DNA of 64,000 nt from assembly GCA_020891255.1 (NCBI GenBank), contig BQFW01000013.1:1674001-1738000 (forward strand). Direction: 5' to 3'. Under the pieces are notes generated by a model, which saw only the letters and a program-made list of their open reading frames with translations, was not told the origin of the DNA and made no database searches. Shown here one piece after another: positions 1-12,450 of this stretch; the stretch's first letter is position 1; each line of letters begins with the position of its first letter. The stretch is from Entomortierella parvispora E1425. Its lineage: Eukaryota; Fungi; Mortierellomycota. The position numbers and the translations under genes were made by a program.

Positions 1-357
1 GGGGAGGAAAGGAAGAAAAGAGTAAAGAAAGGACAAAGGGTAGCAGGCAGTAACCGACATCCTTGACTAAAGGTCGTGACCAGGATCATTGTCTTGCACA
101 TGAGTGCGGGCATCATCGTCGTCCACGCAAGAGACCATGGCCATGTCCCAAACAACAACAACCACACATACAAACACCATAGAAAAGTGCTCTCAACCCT
201 TCCATCGGCCTCTTTTTGTTCGTTCATTTCCCTCTCTTTGACTTCATGCGATAATCGCCCTTCGCTGGGTTGTGAGCATTGACCGTTGGCATCCAAGGAC
301 ACGGTCAACTCAACCCAACAACCATGCCATTGCGAGCCCGCCCTTTTTCCTTTGCCA

Positions 358-408
358 TCCTTCCTTCCTTCCTTCCTTCCTTCCTTCCTTCCTTCCTTCC
401 TTCCTTCC
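358..408. repeat. (TTCC)n microsatellite
   Basis: About 12 tandem TTCC units seen directly; they produce the spurious PSFL-repeat ORFs. Confidence 0.95.
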
Positions 409-833
409 CCTGCCTCTATTCAGTCATCTGCTAATCCCCCCTGCTCGTGTCATCTCTTTCCTTCCATCTCTCCATCTGTCCATCCTCCATCTATTCCCAT
501 CTGACACGCGCACTCCTCATCCTTGCAACCCCTGTCTGTCGCCACCGTCCCTTCATCCCCCCTTTCCTTCGACTTTGGCCGACCTCTTGTCTTTCCTTCT
601 CGCTCTCTCTCCATCCCTCTTTCGCTCTTTTCCCCTTCTCTCATTCATTCATCCATCCATCCACCCTTGCACATCCCTCACCCTGTCGTTTCTTTAGCAG
701 GTAAGCATAGAGTCTTGTCTCTCCTCTCGAGTAGAACCCCCGTCTTCCCTGTTCCTGTTGGTCTCATAACAAACGCGTCTCTTTCATTCCCTCAATCTCC
801 CTTGGACAGGCCATCCCTCCAACAGAAGCAGCG

Positions 834-3800
834 ATGGATGGAGCTGCATTCCAGGGCATGCCGCGCATAGCCCTCACTCCGGCTGAGGAGGCGCTCATCC
901 CCCGGCCGCATTCATCCGCGTCCCAGGTCGCCACTGCCGTACCCTCAGCCTACAGTCGCCACTCGACCTCTCCGCCCACGCCGCGCCACCCTCACCATCC
1001 AAACCACCACAGCAGCCTGGCCCATCATCCTTACTATGCCAACTCCAGTGCTGCCAACTCTACGCTGGCAGGTCTTCATCAATCGCCTTCCTCAGCGTCT
1101 ATACCCCTGACTACAGACCAGTACTCGCGGCCAGCTTCGCCGTCGCCGCTGCAGCAACAGCAACAACAGTCATCCGTGTCAATGTATTCAATAGCAGGAG
1201 CCTCGATCTCGAGCGCAACAGGAGGAGGAGGAGCATTGGCACCGACAACCCCTGCTTCGGGATCAGAACAAGAGTATCCCCAGAACCCGCAGGACGGCTA
1301 CTATTCCCAAGTTCCCCCTCGCCCGTCTTCACCCGGTCCTCCTCGGCTTGCCTTCTCGCTCACGCCTCGACCTGCTCGCTCTCCCTCGCCCCAACTCTAT
1401 GGGAACTTGTACGATCAAAACTACCAACCACGGACGTCATACTTTTCACGAGGCTCTTATGACGCTCAACCTCGACCCGGTTCGCCGCTACAGCAGGAGC
1501 ATCAAGAGTCCTGGGACAGCGCGCGGATGGAATCACCCGCTCAAATGACAGACTCTGAAGACGACACAGACTCGGATGACGAGGCAGAGGAAGATTCTAG
1601 ACAAAGGAGAAAGAGGCGAGATCCACCCAAGCGCACCAACAGCAGGAGCATTCTCCGGCGACTAAAAGAGAGCACGAGTCGGATAAGTTTCGGGGATGAC
1701 GGCTCAGCATCAGCATCAGCCTCGCAACGACCCTACAGGACAAGTCAGGAATCGGACCGCGCGCATCGAAACAGTCGAGACTCTTCTTCAACCTCGCTTC
1801 CTGGAAAGGAGGTCCTCCAAGACCTTTCCGATGAAGAAAAGCAACAGGAGCCACGAAAGAGTCGATCTGCTTGGAGACCCTCGCTCTCACTGATTCGGCA
1901 AGAGAGCGATGGCTCGGGCATGAATTCGTATCTCCAAAATGACCCCAACCGTATCAGTGGACAGCCCGGCAGCGGGAGCACGGGCCCCCGACGAAGCAGC
2001 AGCAACACTCGAATAATCAACAACAATGGTGCTGGTCCCGATAGCAAACAAAAGAAGTCCAACAGGACCAAGAGCGGGAAAAAGAAGAAAAGAGCAAACA
2101 AAAAAAGAAAGGCCAAGGAAGCAGCAGCCCGACAGCTGCGGCAACAACAATTGCAACAACAGCAATTGGCCAAACAGGAAGATCTCTCTCTACCCACTCT
2201 TGTCCAGGTTTTGGAAAAGAAGACTCGCTATCCTCTCAGCTACGATGACTTTGAGGCTTTTCTCCGGAGTAGACGCGCTGTGGAATACCTCAACTTTTGG
2301 ACTGTAAGTGACTATTGCTTTGAGAACAAGATCGGACTCTGCTTGCAGATTTTTCGATATGGAGAGCATTGATACTAAATGAAGCAAAATGAACTTTTAA
2401 TCTTTTTTAGGACGTTACTGCTCATGAGCAACTGTGCAGGACCTTTGATGTGTCGGAGCGTAGACAAAAACGAGAGCTGCAATTGGAGGAGCGAGCCATT
2501 GCCCGGGACCGGCGACGGATGGCCCTCTTGGCGGCAATGGAATCGGGAAAACTTGGAGCTGATAGTGACTCTTTAACACAAGGTCATGCTAACGTTGGTG
2601 CAGGGACCGGCATCGGCATCGGTGCGAGTGGACAAGAGATCAACGGCTCCAACCTCTACCTTGCCAGTCGATCCAGCCTTCAGTTGCCTTTGAATGATCA
2701 TCTCTCATTCCCACAGGAAAGTCGACGATACGGACTTCATGACTCGTCTGCGCCTTTCCCGCCACCGCCACCGACTCTTCATAGCAGCAACCAAGGATCG
2801 GGGGCCTATAATCGACTCTTATCTGGGGCTGGTGGCCGCAGAATCTCTGGAGAGAGAAGTAGACCCTCGCTGGAAGAGGAACACATCTCGGAACAGGATG
2901 CCGCGGTTGCAGCTGTAGTGGCGCTAAAAGGTCAACGCAAGTCGGGCGAGCCAGATGGTTACAACAACGCCAGTCGAGAAGATGTTCGACGAGGGTCTTT
3001 TGATCTCTATCGGCCCATGCCCGTGCATGGATCATCGCATCTGCGCTATCAGCAAAACAACAACAGCAGTGGTTATGTTGGAGGCGGGACTATACCCAGT
3101 ACTCACTCGTCCCCTAATTCCTACAACATCATGATGCGTGGCCGTGGCTCTGTTGATATGGTGCCTCGATCCAGTTCAAGAAGTTCTCGGATACGGCCAT
3201 CTGCCTCGGAGGACTATTTTGGAAATGGCATTCGTCGAACCACCTCTCAGCAATTTCAGAATCAGCTACACCCATTGTCCCACGAAGTCGAGGAAGGTTC
3301 TGGAGCAGGACATGGATTCGAAGCAGGAGAGAGTAACCTGGACCATATGCCAAGCCCCCTGGGACCTCGCCGGCAAATATCACATCAGTCACTGAGCATC
3401 CAGGAACCAGATTGGAACCGCCGACCATCCATGACCAGGATAAGTGGCGGTGTTGGACCCTTGCAGGCGCCAGTCTCTATTCGCAGATCGGGAGAAAGTG
3501 CATATGCCCCCAGCATTTTCAGCAATGGAGAAGCAAAGGCTCTTTTGGTACAGAGTTTTAGGACCATTAGTCTCGAGGATTTACAAGAGTCAGCTCTCAG
3601 GATCTATCGAAAGTATCTTATCCAGCTGCGAACGGCACCCATGGCGGCAGAAGAAGAAGCGGCAGTATCCTCCATGAAAGCCTTGAACGGAGCGCAAGGA
3701 AATTTGAATCACGCTAGCGTGGACAAGACTATGGTGCCCGGATGGGATGGCTATGCCGAGGAAGTTATCGCTCAATGGAATGAAAACTGGAGAGGCAGAA

Positions 3801-6096
3801 GAGCCAACCGACTTTCGGGCCGTAGAAGTTTTGCCTCACGGGGTGGTCTAGGTGGCATCAGCGGACAAGCGAGCACTGTGGACGAGGACACCACGACAGA
3901 AAAGGATGGATCTTCGTCCCCTGCAAGACCCAACTTGACTGTTCAAACTGGCGACTCTAGAGATGACAGTGGGGAAGAGGGCGACGAGGAACAATTGGCC
4001 AGAGATCTTTCCTCTAATCCCAAGAGCCCAACCAGTCCAAGATTGAAAAAGAGGGCTGGCACAGGACTTAGCTCAGTTCTCCCTCCATTCCTATCAAGGA
4101 TTCTCCGCACAGAGGTGACGGTGGTTGAGCTACCGACGCTGACCATCAACACTACGACAGTGGAGGAGACCGCAGTGCCCGAGGTATCTGAGGAGGATGA
4201 TTCGGATGACGAAGACGATGATGAAGAAGACTATGACTCGGACGAAGAGGACGAGACTGAGGACGAAGACACTGAAGTCAAGCGAGGTACTTCCACCACT
4301 GAGAACGCATCTGGAAAGCCGTCCGAGGTTGACAGCAGCCGAAAAGACTCGGCAAGTCCAGTTGCTGAGGAGAAAGTGGTATCGACCAGCCCTCATAATG
4401 ATGAAGAGCAAGAGGTGGTTATCCTTGACAAATCGATGCCCATTGCCACGCCACCAACAAGCAACACTGCCAGGGACAATCATGGCGCTGGGACTGCCGG
4501 CGATACTCCGACCGTAATCACTTTCCAGGATCAGCTCGCAGGAGATGACGCTGGCACTGGTGAGACCAGGAGCCCGAGTTCCCGGCACCGAAGACATTCG
4601 TCGGCTTCTTCTCTATCGTCGTCTTGGGACAGGATCAGCAAACGCGACCTGGACAAGTCTGGTAAGTTGGCGTTTGACTCTGCAAGAGAATCAGGACCCT
4701 GACGCGCTTTACTGGTTACTCACTACATAGGCTCCTCCTTTCCCTCATTAGTATCAATCTTGCCGAGCCCTGTCACAGCCTCGCTGCGCTCCTCTCCCTA
4801 CAGGCGCGGTGGTGTTCGCGGCGTCCGCGCCAGGACGGCTGGAAGGGCAGCAAATATGGCTTCCAGAACTGCCCGGAAAGTTGGTTGGCAGCTTTCTGCG
4901 CTTCTGACTCAGTCTCTTCGAAAAGAGTCCAGCTCCGACAGCCTGGATGTCATCCGCGTCACACCTGCTACGTCGCCCCGCATTGAAGGACGCGATTTCA
5001 GATTCCAAATCCCGGATATTGTCATGCATAACAGCAGCAGCCAAAGCCAAGTTCATACTGAGGCTCAGCATGGAAACAAAGTCGGCAACACTGACTCCCT
5101 TGCCACCGAGTTGTTCCCGGAGGGAGGCCATCTGACATTGACTCCAACCAACAACACAAACAATGACCGACAGGACAGTGGACCTAATGGAAGAGACCAG
5201 AATTCATTCAATGAAAAGTCGACCCCCCGCCATCAGTCATTTGGATCAACCTTGCAACTGCCAAAGCTGTTCTTAACCCCAGTGCCCTCTTCGACCACGA
5301 ACCCGACATTGAGCAATTTAAGCACCTCTTCCTCGCCCGCGCAATCTAATGCCGTCATTGGCGGCGGTGGTACGCCACCCCTCTTTACTGGCCCATTGTC
5401 TGCGACTGTGGCTTCTTCGGCAGCAGCGGCAGCATTTTATCTGCCACTGGAATGTCGTCAACGGATTCACACTCAGGTGCAGGAAGAGGGTAGGACAGAG
5501 GCTCCGTATCTGTATGGACCAGCAAAGGGATTCGTATTGGACGTGGTCCTTGAAGACCATTATTATCCACTTTTCCTAAAGTATGTCGAGCAACAAAATC
5601 TGGGATTGCTGAATCAAGGACATCCCAACAATCGCGTCAAGCAACGTGGCGCGATCTGGATTGGCGCTCTTACCTGGCTTGCGGTCTTTGGTCTGCAGCT
5701 GATGTTGGTGTTGATGGGCAAGGGCGGGTGGAAGAGTCCATGGGTTTGGGTCGTGGGCATCATTGGTGGATGGCCTGGATCCATTTTTCTGGCTACGGGA
5801 ATCAAAGGGTTCTCGCCCCTGCTGGGCGTTCTCGGCAGAATGTAAGTTTTTTTTTGGATCCTTTTTTTTTTGTAATCTTTGTTTTGTCAGCGATCCTTTT
5901 GTCATTGCTCACCGCCCATGGTTGCCTTTTCTTTTACAGGTCCGAGGACAAGCACATATTCAGAACTCGGAAAATTTTAGAGCCCTCGATTCGTGTCCGC
6001 CATCAGCTCCGTGCCTACTGGATGCTCAGCTATTGCATTTTTTGGTCGACATTAGTAATGGTTGTCTTTGCTGCTTTGCCGCAGCACGATCCTTGA
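834..6096 (+). CDS. Rax1-like RGS-domain membrane protein, 4 exons (834-2303, 2411-4661, 4752-5841, 5940-6096), about 1655 aa
   Basis: LPTLVQVLEKKTRYPLSYDDFEAFLRSRRAVEYLNFWT|DVTAHEQLCR matches the Rax1-type RGS start. The C-terminus has three hydrophobic segments. GT-AG introns join the ORFs in frame (4968 nt, divisible by 3). Confidence 0.8.
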
Positions 6097-6378
6097 AGAA
6101 CAAAGAGCTCAGCCAACCAACAGTCACCCACCCCACCTAATTTTTTTACCCATGCTCGCTCTTTTTCTTTCTGGTCACAAATCCCGCTTGCTCATGTACC
6201 ACCACCAGCATACTTACATTTCTCGTAGTAACTTTTATATCCATGTAATCTACATCTCTTTCCTTTTCTCCGTCTCTTGCGTACAAATCAAAAAAAGTCC
6301 ATTGTTTTCTATCCTGTTTAAACAATCTGTTGACCATGCGGCCTTTTTTTGTTTGTTTTTTGTTTTTTTATTTATTTC

Positions 6379-6410
6379 AATGAATGAATGAATGAATGAA
6401 TGAATGAATG
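6379..6410. repeat. (AATG)n microsatellite
   Basis: 8 tandem AATG units. Confidence 0.9.
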
Positions 6411-6506
6411 ATCCGATTACTGTTGCGTCACCCGCTCCGGTGATCATTAGTACAATGAGCAAAAGTTGTGGCCTGGGACAGAAAATGAGTCCATGGTCCC
6501 TCCGCT

Positions 6507-7786
6507 TTAGAAACCGTTCTGCTTGAAAAAGGTCTAGAAGTACAAGAGAAGAAGAAAAAAAGTGCATGGGCAATTAATAAGCGCGTCTTTTCCTAGTCTC
6601 CCCTTGCGCCCAAACTGTAGATTTTCAAAAGTGCGCATTGGGATGACAGGGAAAAAAACCCTACCGAAATAGATTCGTCAATAAACTTGACGTCGACCTC
6701 GCTATCACCGGGACCGCCGGCCCAATGACCCCAGATGCTCTCAATGACCTTCAACTCTGCATTCTCGCCCATGTAATCTTTCTCGATCTGACTGTCCTCA
6801 GGCGGGAAGTACAAATCATGATCACAGGGCATGATCAACACCTTGGCCTGGATGCCCTTCAAGGCCCGCTCAAACGCCTCTTCGTCCTGGGCCTCGCCCG
6901 CGCCGGCCTTGCCTAGACCTCTGTCCGAGAGTCTCTGACTGGCCTCGGCAAGACCCGAGTCACCAGCGTAGAGGGGCTGCGCCGAGATGTCGCCATACTG
7001 CCAAGTCCAAAGCATGTGCAACATGTTGTTGGCGTCCTTGCTGGTCGACCACTTTTCCCAGAACTGGACCATCACGTTCTCGATGCCCTTGAGACCGAAA
7101 TATTTTTCAAACCCCTTCTCGCGGTAGAAGTCCTGGCTGAAGCCCCAGCCCGCGTAGACGCGGCCCAAGGCTTTTAGACCAACCCAAGGTTGGTGACCCT
7201 TTTCTTCCATGTATCGCCCCTTGCGGTAGCCCTCTGTATCGGCCAAGACGGCGCCCTTGACGGCTTCGAGAAAGACCCAATTGTGGAAGGAGGTACGGGC
7301 AGAACCACAGAAGGGAACCGCGAGCTTGACCATGGAAGGGTACTGAGAGGCCCATTGGAAGGCTTGACCGGCTCCCATGCTCCAGCCGAGGACGGCGATC
7401 TGGTCCGTGATGCCCAAACCCTTGGTTACCAGATCATGCTGGGCGCGGACATTGTCGTAAAAGGTGGTGTTGGGCATGTTCACGCCTCCCTTGGGACCCG
7501 AGGTGTTGGAGGGGGAAGTCGATTCACCGTTTCCAAAGAGCGCGGGGACGACAATGTAGTATCTCTCGGGATCCAGGCCACGGCGGGGATGCTCGGGGGT
7601 CGAGATGAGCCATTCGTTGCCCTCGACGATCGTACCCGAGTACCAGGTAGGGTAGACGACGCAGGGGTTCGAGGGGGAACCGTAGGTGCGGTAGGCAATG
7701 TAGGCCGCAGGCAAGACCTCACCGGACTGGAGCTCAAAGTCTCCGAGTTGGTGGTACTTTGTAATGTTGTCCATGTTGGGAGCCAT
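6507..7786 (-). CDS. Homoserine acetyltransferase (MetX)-like alpha/beta hydrolase, 2 exons (intron 6534-6664)
   Basis: LGDFELQSG..AYRTYG..YPTWYSG, nucleophile GWSMG, DLYFPPED (Asp) and SIWGHWAG (His). Splicing gives the C-terminus ISTFFKQNGF*. Confidence 0.85.
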
Positions 7787-8899
7787 TGGGGAGGAGGTAG
7801 AAGGATTTGTAAGGAGAATGGTAAAGAGGGTTTGAAGAGAAAAGATAACAAGAAAAAAGAAAGAAAAACAAGAAGTTTTGGCTTTAAGAGCAAAAAAAAA
7901 AAAAAAAAAAAAGTCATATCTCGCGATGACGACGGGCGACGACAATTGCACAGGCACATGAGGGTCGCCGCTTTCCTTTTTCTTTACACCTGCAACTTGT
8001 ACCCTGGACTGAGCTTACGGAACATGGGCCACGAGCAAAACCCGAGTGAACGAGAGAGCCCGAATGCATAAGATTACAGTACATACTCGCTTCGAAGGAA
8101 AGGGGAAACCGTCACTTTCTTTTCCTCTCTTCTTTTGTTTTCTTTTTTTTTTTTTTTACTCACGCTTTGACGCCAAGGATACCCTTGTTGCATACTCATC
8201 CCACTCCTGAGTTGTTGTGGTCTTGTTTACCTCCTTCAGAACTTGAGACCTCAAGGGCGGCCCCTTGAGGTTTGTTTTTTGGAGGGAGCTGGTGACTTTG
8301 TTTTTGGCTGAACGCTGTCTGTTGATTCCTTGTGTTCAGGCAAGTTTTCCTTGCTCTTGGGAAAAAAGTTAATCGCAGTTTTTTTCTGGTACCACCCAAA
8401 AATTCAAAAACACTTCCTTCTGTGACCAATTGGCAACCCAACTTTGCAACAAGGAAAGGGATGAGGAGCCCCTGGCGGGAAAGTCACGGGCGCCATGAGT
8501 TCGGGGATGTGTTGGTGGCGCTCCTTCCCATTGGACGTTTTGACGCGCCACGTAATTTATTCGTCGCGTGTTTTTGGTGATTTGCTCGTTTTGACTCTGT
8601 GTCTCGTACCGCTCAAATGACCTGACCAGCCCCCTTCTTTCGCTCCTTTTGTCGAGGATGGCTCGCTCCGATGCTTTGCGCGTGGGGTTGGTGCATGATG
8701 GGGCTTTATAAGAAAGATGTGTGATATCGGCCATCATTGCCCTGCAGTCAGATCGACTGTTTCCTTCTCTTCGAGGAAAAAAAAAAAAAAAGGAAAGCAC
8801 ATTTTTTCATGCCATACTCTTATACAGTTCTTCATGAGACCAATTGTTCTGATGGATTACCAGTTTCGCTCATGGAGCAGAAGAGATCCTAGTAAAAGA

Positions 8900-11150
8900 C
8901 GTGGTGCCAGAGTCGCTGTGGGCCCTGCCATAATACATCCTTTTGCCGCATACCTCCTTCTTCCTGCCTATGATAGAGCCCAAGTGACCCTCTCCAGGCA
9001 ACCAAACATCGCACGTCCTCCCAGGAATCTATCAGGCACCGAACTCCTCTTGCAGCAAAGATACAGACCTCAAACCGGCAGGCTCGTCTTCGACAGAAAA
9101 GTGCTAACAACATCATCAACAGGGTTCGAAAATGTTGACTAGTGAAATCGATGTAGCATTGGTAGCCAATGCCTTTCTTAGTAGTGTATTCTTGGCGATT
9201 TGAGTCGACAAATATCCGATTGGGAGGTGATCCGCTATGGACAAAGGTTGTAGCAACATAACGAACGGTGCCCATGAGCTCTCTGGGCAGAGCTCTCGAA
9301 ATACATGACGACGCCGTGGTTCGAAACCATGTGAATTGTGCATTGGCACCACCAAAGTTGGTGAGGGTTAGGTTTGTTTGTAACAGAGACTGCAAAAAGT
9401 CAGAAGATACTAATTTATTCGCTTGAAGCTGGAATATCACTCTAAAGGTGAAAAAAACTGAGACTGCAAAGATGGCAAGATAATCCTGAATGTTGAGGCG
9501 GGTTCTCTTTGGCCGTGCATTTTTTTTCAGTCTTTTGTTTGATGCAGTCAGTCTACTACCAAGTATTTTTACATGATGACATTGCTTCTTGCTTGCGACT
9601 GAGCAGTTCTTTGATTGTCGTCTTGTCGGCATCGTTAAAGTGTTTCCGCAGAACGTTTTCCAATGTCACAGGGATGGTCCGCAACTGGAGGTCAGGTTCC
9701 TTCTCCAGGATACAAGAAGGGCACCTCGGATTAAGCTATCTAATTGAGGCACTATGGAGGATGAAGCTGTTGTAAACACCTGCTCAAGTCAGTTTTGCAG
9801 CCGAAGGGAGATCAATTACTCACATTGATATATCTTGGCTGCTTTCGAATGCAACATGCTCCCGATTTTCTTTCCTCGAGACCCAGTGATTCTATACTCG
9901 GTCATTGATCCTATGGAGATAACCATTTCAAAAGAAATAAATATTAGCTGGGGCTATGGTGGCTCGAGTCGAAATGGCTCAGCATTTAACTTACGGCGGC
10001 CTTCTCTAAGACTCGATGAGAGTTCGTTATCCGCCTCGCCAAGTTGCTTTGAGGTATCTTCAGCACTTTTAGCGCCCTCTCTGCGACAACTCTACGTTTG
10101 AAGTAGTTGTCAGTCGTCAACGTCGACCGCCGTCATAAGCTTCGCCCCGTTTTGCCTTTTTGCTGATGGCGACGTCCTTACTAGAAGACAGGTCCCGCAT
10201 CCATGCCTCCCATTCGCCAACCAACTTTCTCGAAGCCTTGCCTTGGGCGATTTTAGCGCCGGCTCTCAATGTGGCCTACAGGATCGAACCTGGGTCCCTT
10301 GAAATGCGTAAAAAAAGTACCCTGCACCCGCCCCTCTAGAGTTGATTTCTCTCTTCCACTTGTCCATTTTGCTGAACCTAGTGCTCACCAAAAAAAAAAA
10401 AAAAAAAAAAAAAAATCGGTGTCGGTCACAAACAGAACAGCTGGAGATGACTGTATTTCAAAAGATTCAGTCGAAAGTTGAAAGCTCATGTCCCTCCTGT
10501 CAGTCGTGTTTACCAATCCAATCACCACTTTAGTGCGGAGCGAAGGAGTTGGTAGGGTCATGCCGGATTGTGCAGCCGGCAAAAGCATGAATTTGCGTTC
10601 TGCAGTCGTTCATGACCCAGACACTGCAGACCTGAATACTAGCTCCTGTTGCGTTCCAGTTGCTGTTGCAACAACAGATGCCAGGGTGTCATAGTAAGGC
10701 AGCCAACATAAGGCGGAAATAAAATTTTCAGATCCTTAACTTTGAGGTGGTGCAAGTCAAGCGCAGTGAGTACAAATATTTTTTTTCGGATGCCTGAAAG
10801 ACCTGACTCAGTTCATCCAAAACATGTTTTCGCCAGTTGAACAACCTTGCCGATGTCTTTGCTAGCTGGAGCCATCAATGGAATTGCCCCGAATATAGTG
10901 TCCACGACCTTCCTTTGACTCGAGGAAAATGATGCGATTGCTCTTGGGGTTTGTTCCGAGGTTGAATCTTGATCGTGCTTCTTTTGAACCGAACTCGTAT
11001 TGTCGAATCAAAAAAAGTATGGTCCATAGGCTAAGTCTTCTGCACGATATCAACGTGGTCTTGTTTAGATCCATCCTAGATGCCATCAAAGAACATAACA
11101 TTAGACGGTCTTTCAATGAGAAGTACCTAGCCCCGTCAGAAAGAATACCT
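8900..11150 (-). pseudogene. Decayed 5' fragment of the giant Fanzor-like family
   Basis: Minus-strand EKEPDLQLRTIPVTLENVLRKHFNDADKTTIKELLSRKQEAMS (about 9590-9720) aligns by eye with EKNKPDIRVCQVPLQKILRNDFDFDTKGTICEILHEKQRLMS of the 36.4-41.6 kb gene. LLRKALATNATSISLVNIF resembles LLRTMATNISNIWSGNIY. Many stops and frameshifts; no RuvC part. Boundaries approximate. Confidence 0.6.
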
Positions 11151-11649
11151 TTGGATTAAAGGGAGATTATTCCTCAGGTGAAGTTCGAATTCCTCTATAA
11201 AGGTCTCCATGGAAACATGCTCTGCTCCTCTCTTTTGCAACGCCTGTAGCGTATTCTGGAACTGAGGAGGCAGGGCTACTCTTGGCGACACGAGGTCACT
11301 TTGTTCAGGCGGTTATTCTACTGTTGTGCTAGAAGTGAGATGAGGGAAAGAAATAAGGAAAAGAAATGAGCCTCATTTATTTGATCATGTCGCGTCAGTG
11401 GCTTGCGTGTGATTCTCCAAGGGAAGATCGGATCAAGCACGCGTTGCCCAACCCAGGCGAACGCGTCTTCACGTGCCTTGGCATGGACCAAACTGTCCTC
11501 ACCCTTTCTTCTTTCCGCTCTTGATTGCTTTGTCATTGCGCCTTCCCTTATCATTGGTCCCAAGAACTCTGCCATCTTTGTCAGCCTCCATCTACCGCAT
11601 CATTCTTTGCTCCTATTCATCGTCCCCACCTATTCTCATCCTCTCCATC

Positions 11650-12450
11650 CTTTCATTCCTTGAACGATGGCTGTCGTTGGTGCGTAGCCTTTCAGCCTTT
11701 CATTCGAAAGAAGGGCTAGGAGCCCACGTTCGCCCATCCAAACTCTATGTGATTCGTTGTATCGATGTCCTGGGCTGCTACTTTACTATACTTCGAAGAG
11801 TAACGACGACGCATGACCCATCTGTTTGTTGAAGCCGCTATTTTAAAGCATGCACTGCTAGCTAACTCCGTTCTCTACTTGGATGGTCAGCCCTCCCAGA
11901 AGAAAAGGGCCAGCAACATTTGCCGTCAGGAGATTCGTGTGAGGGGGTTGAGGCAAGCGGAACCAGATATTTCACACCAGGAGGACCGTGTGAGCATGAA
12001 GCAGATGAACGGGCAAGTCTACTTTTTCTGCTCAAGAAAAATTTCGAGAAGGCTTTCACCTGGTTTCCAGCAAGAGGGTGGACGGTGACTTTGTGCGACT
12101 CACAACTGCACGCCAGTCAAAGCCGGGCTCTGTTGTCATTTCGAGATACAAAGACCTCCTCTTACCACAATAGTGTGGAGACTCCATGGCGGCCCATTTC
12201 CGACACCTAGCTCTTTGTGTACAACGCACCACAGGTTTTGGCAACCCTTGAAATCAATAAGGACCAGTGGACAGCTCTGGGCGTGGTGTCAAAGAACGAC
12301 TATGTGTCTGCACAGCAATTGCGGTATCGTGGAGAAGCTTGGTTTGTTTCGTTCTTTCGAATACAAAAACCCTGTCATCACTTTTAGTGTTGTGATCCTG
12401 GAAGCCAACATTCATGGAGCGCTAGCCGAGGTCTCGATACCGGCACCAAA
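11650..12450 (+). pseudogene. Decayed PIN/XPG-FEN1-like nuclease gene
   Basis: Fragments across frames: IRCIDVLGCYFTILRR, VLYLDGQPSQKKRAS..RQEIR, GWTVTLCDS..PWRPIS and EINKDQWTALGVVSKNDY (H3TH-like). The order fits an XPG-N/XPG-I/H3TH nuclease. Confidence 0.55.

Noticed and set aside
7190-8071. 293-aa plus-strand ORF
   Set aside because: Antisense shadow of the MetX-like gene.
10270-10300. B-box-like GGTTCGATCC on the minus strand
   Set aside because: No A-box, acceptor stem or cloverleaf could be built.
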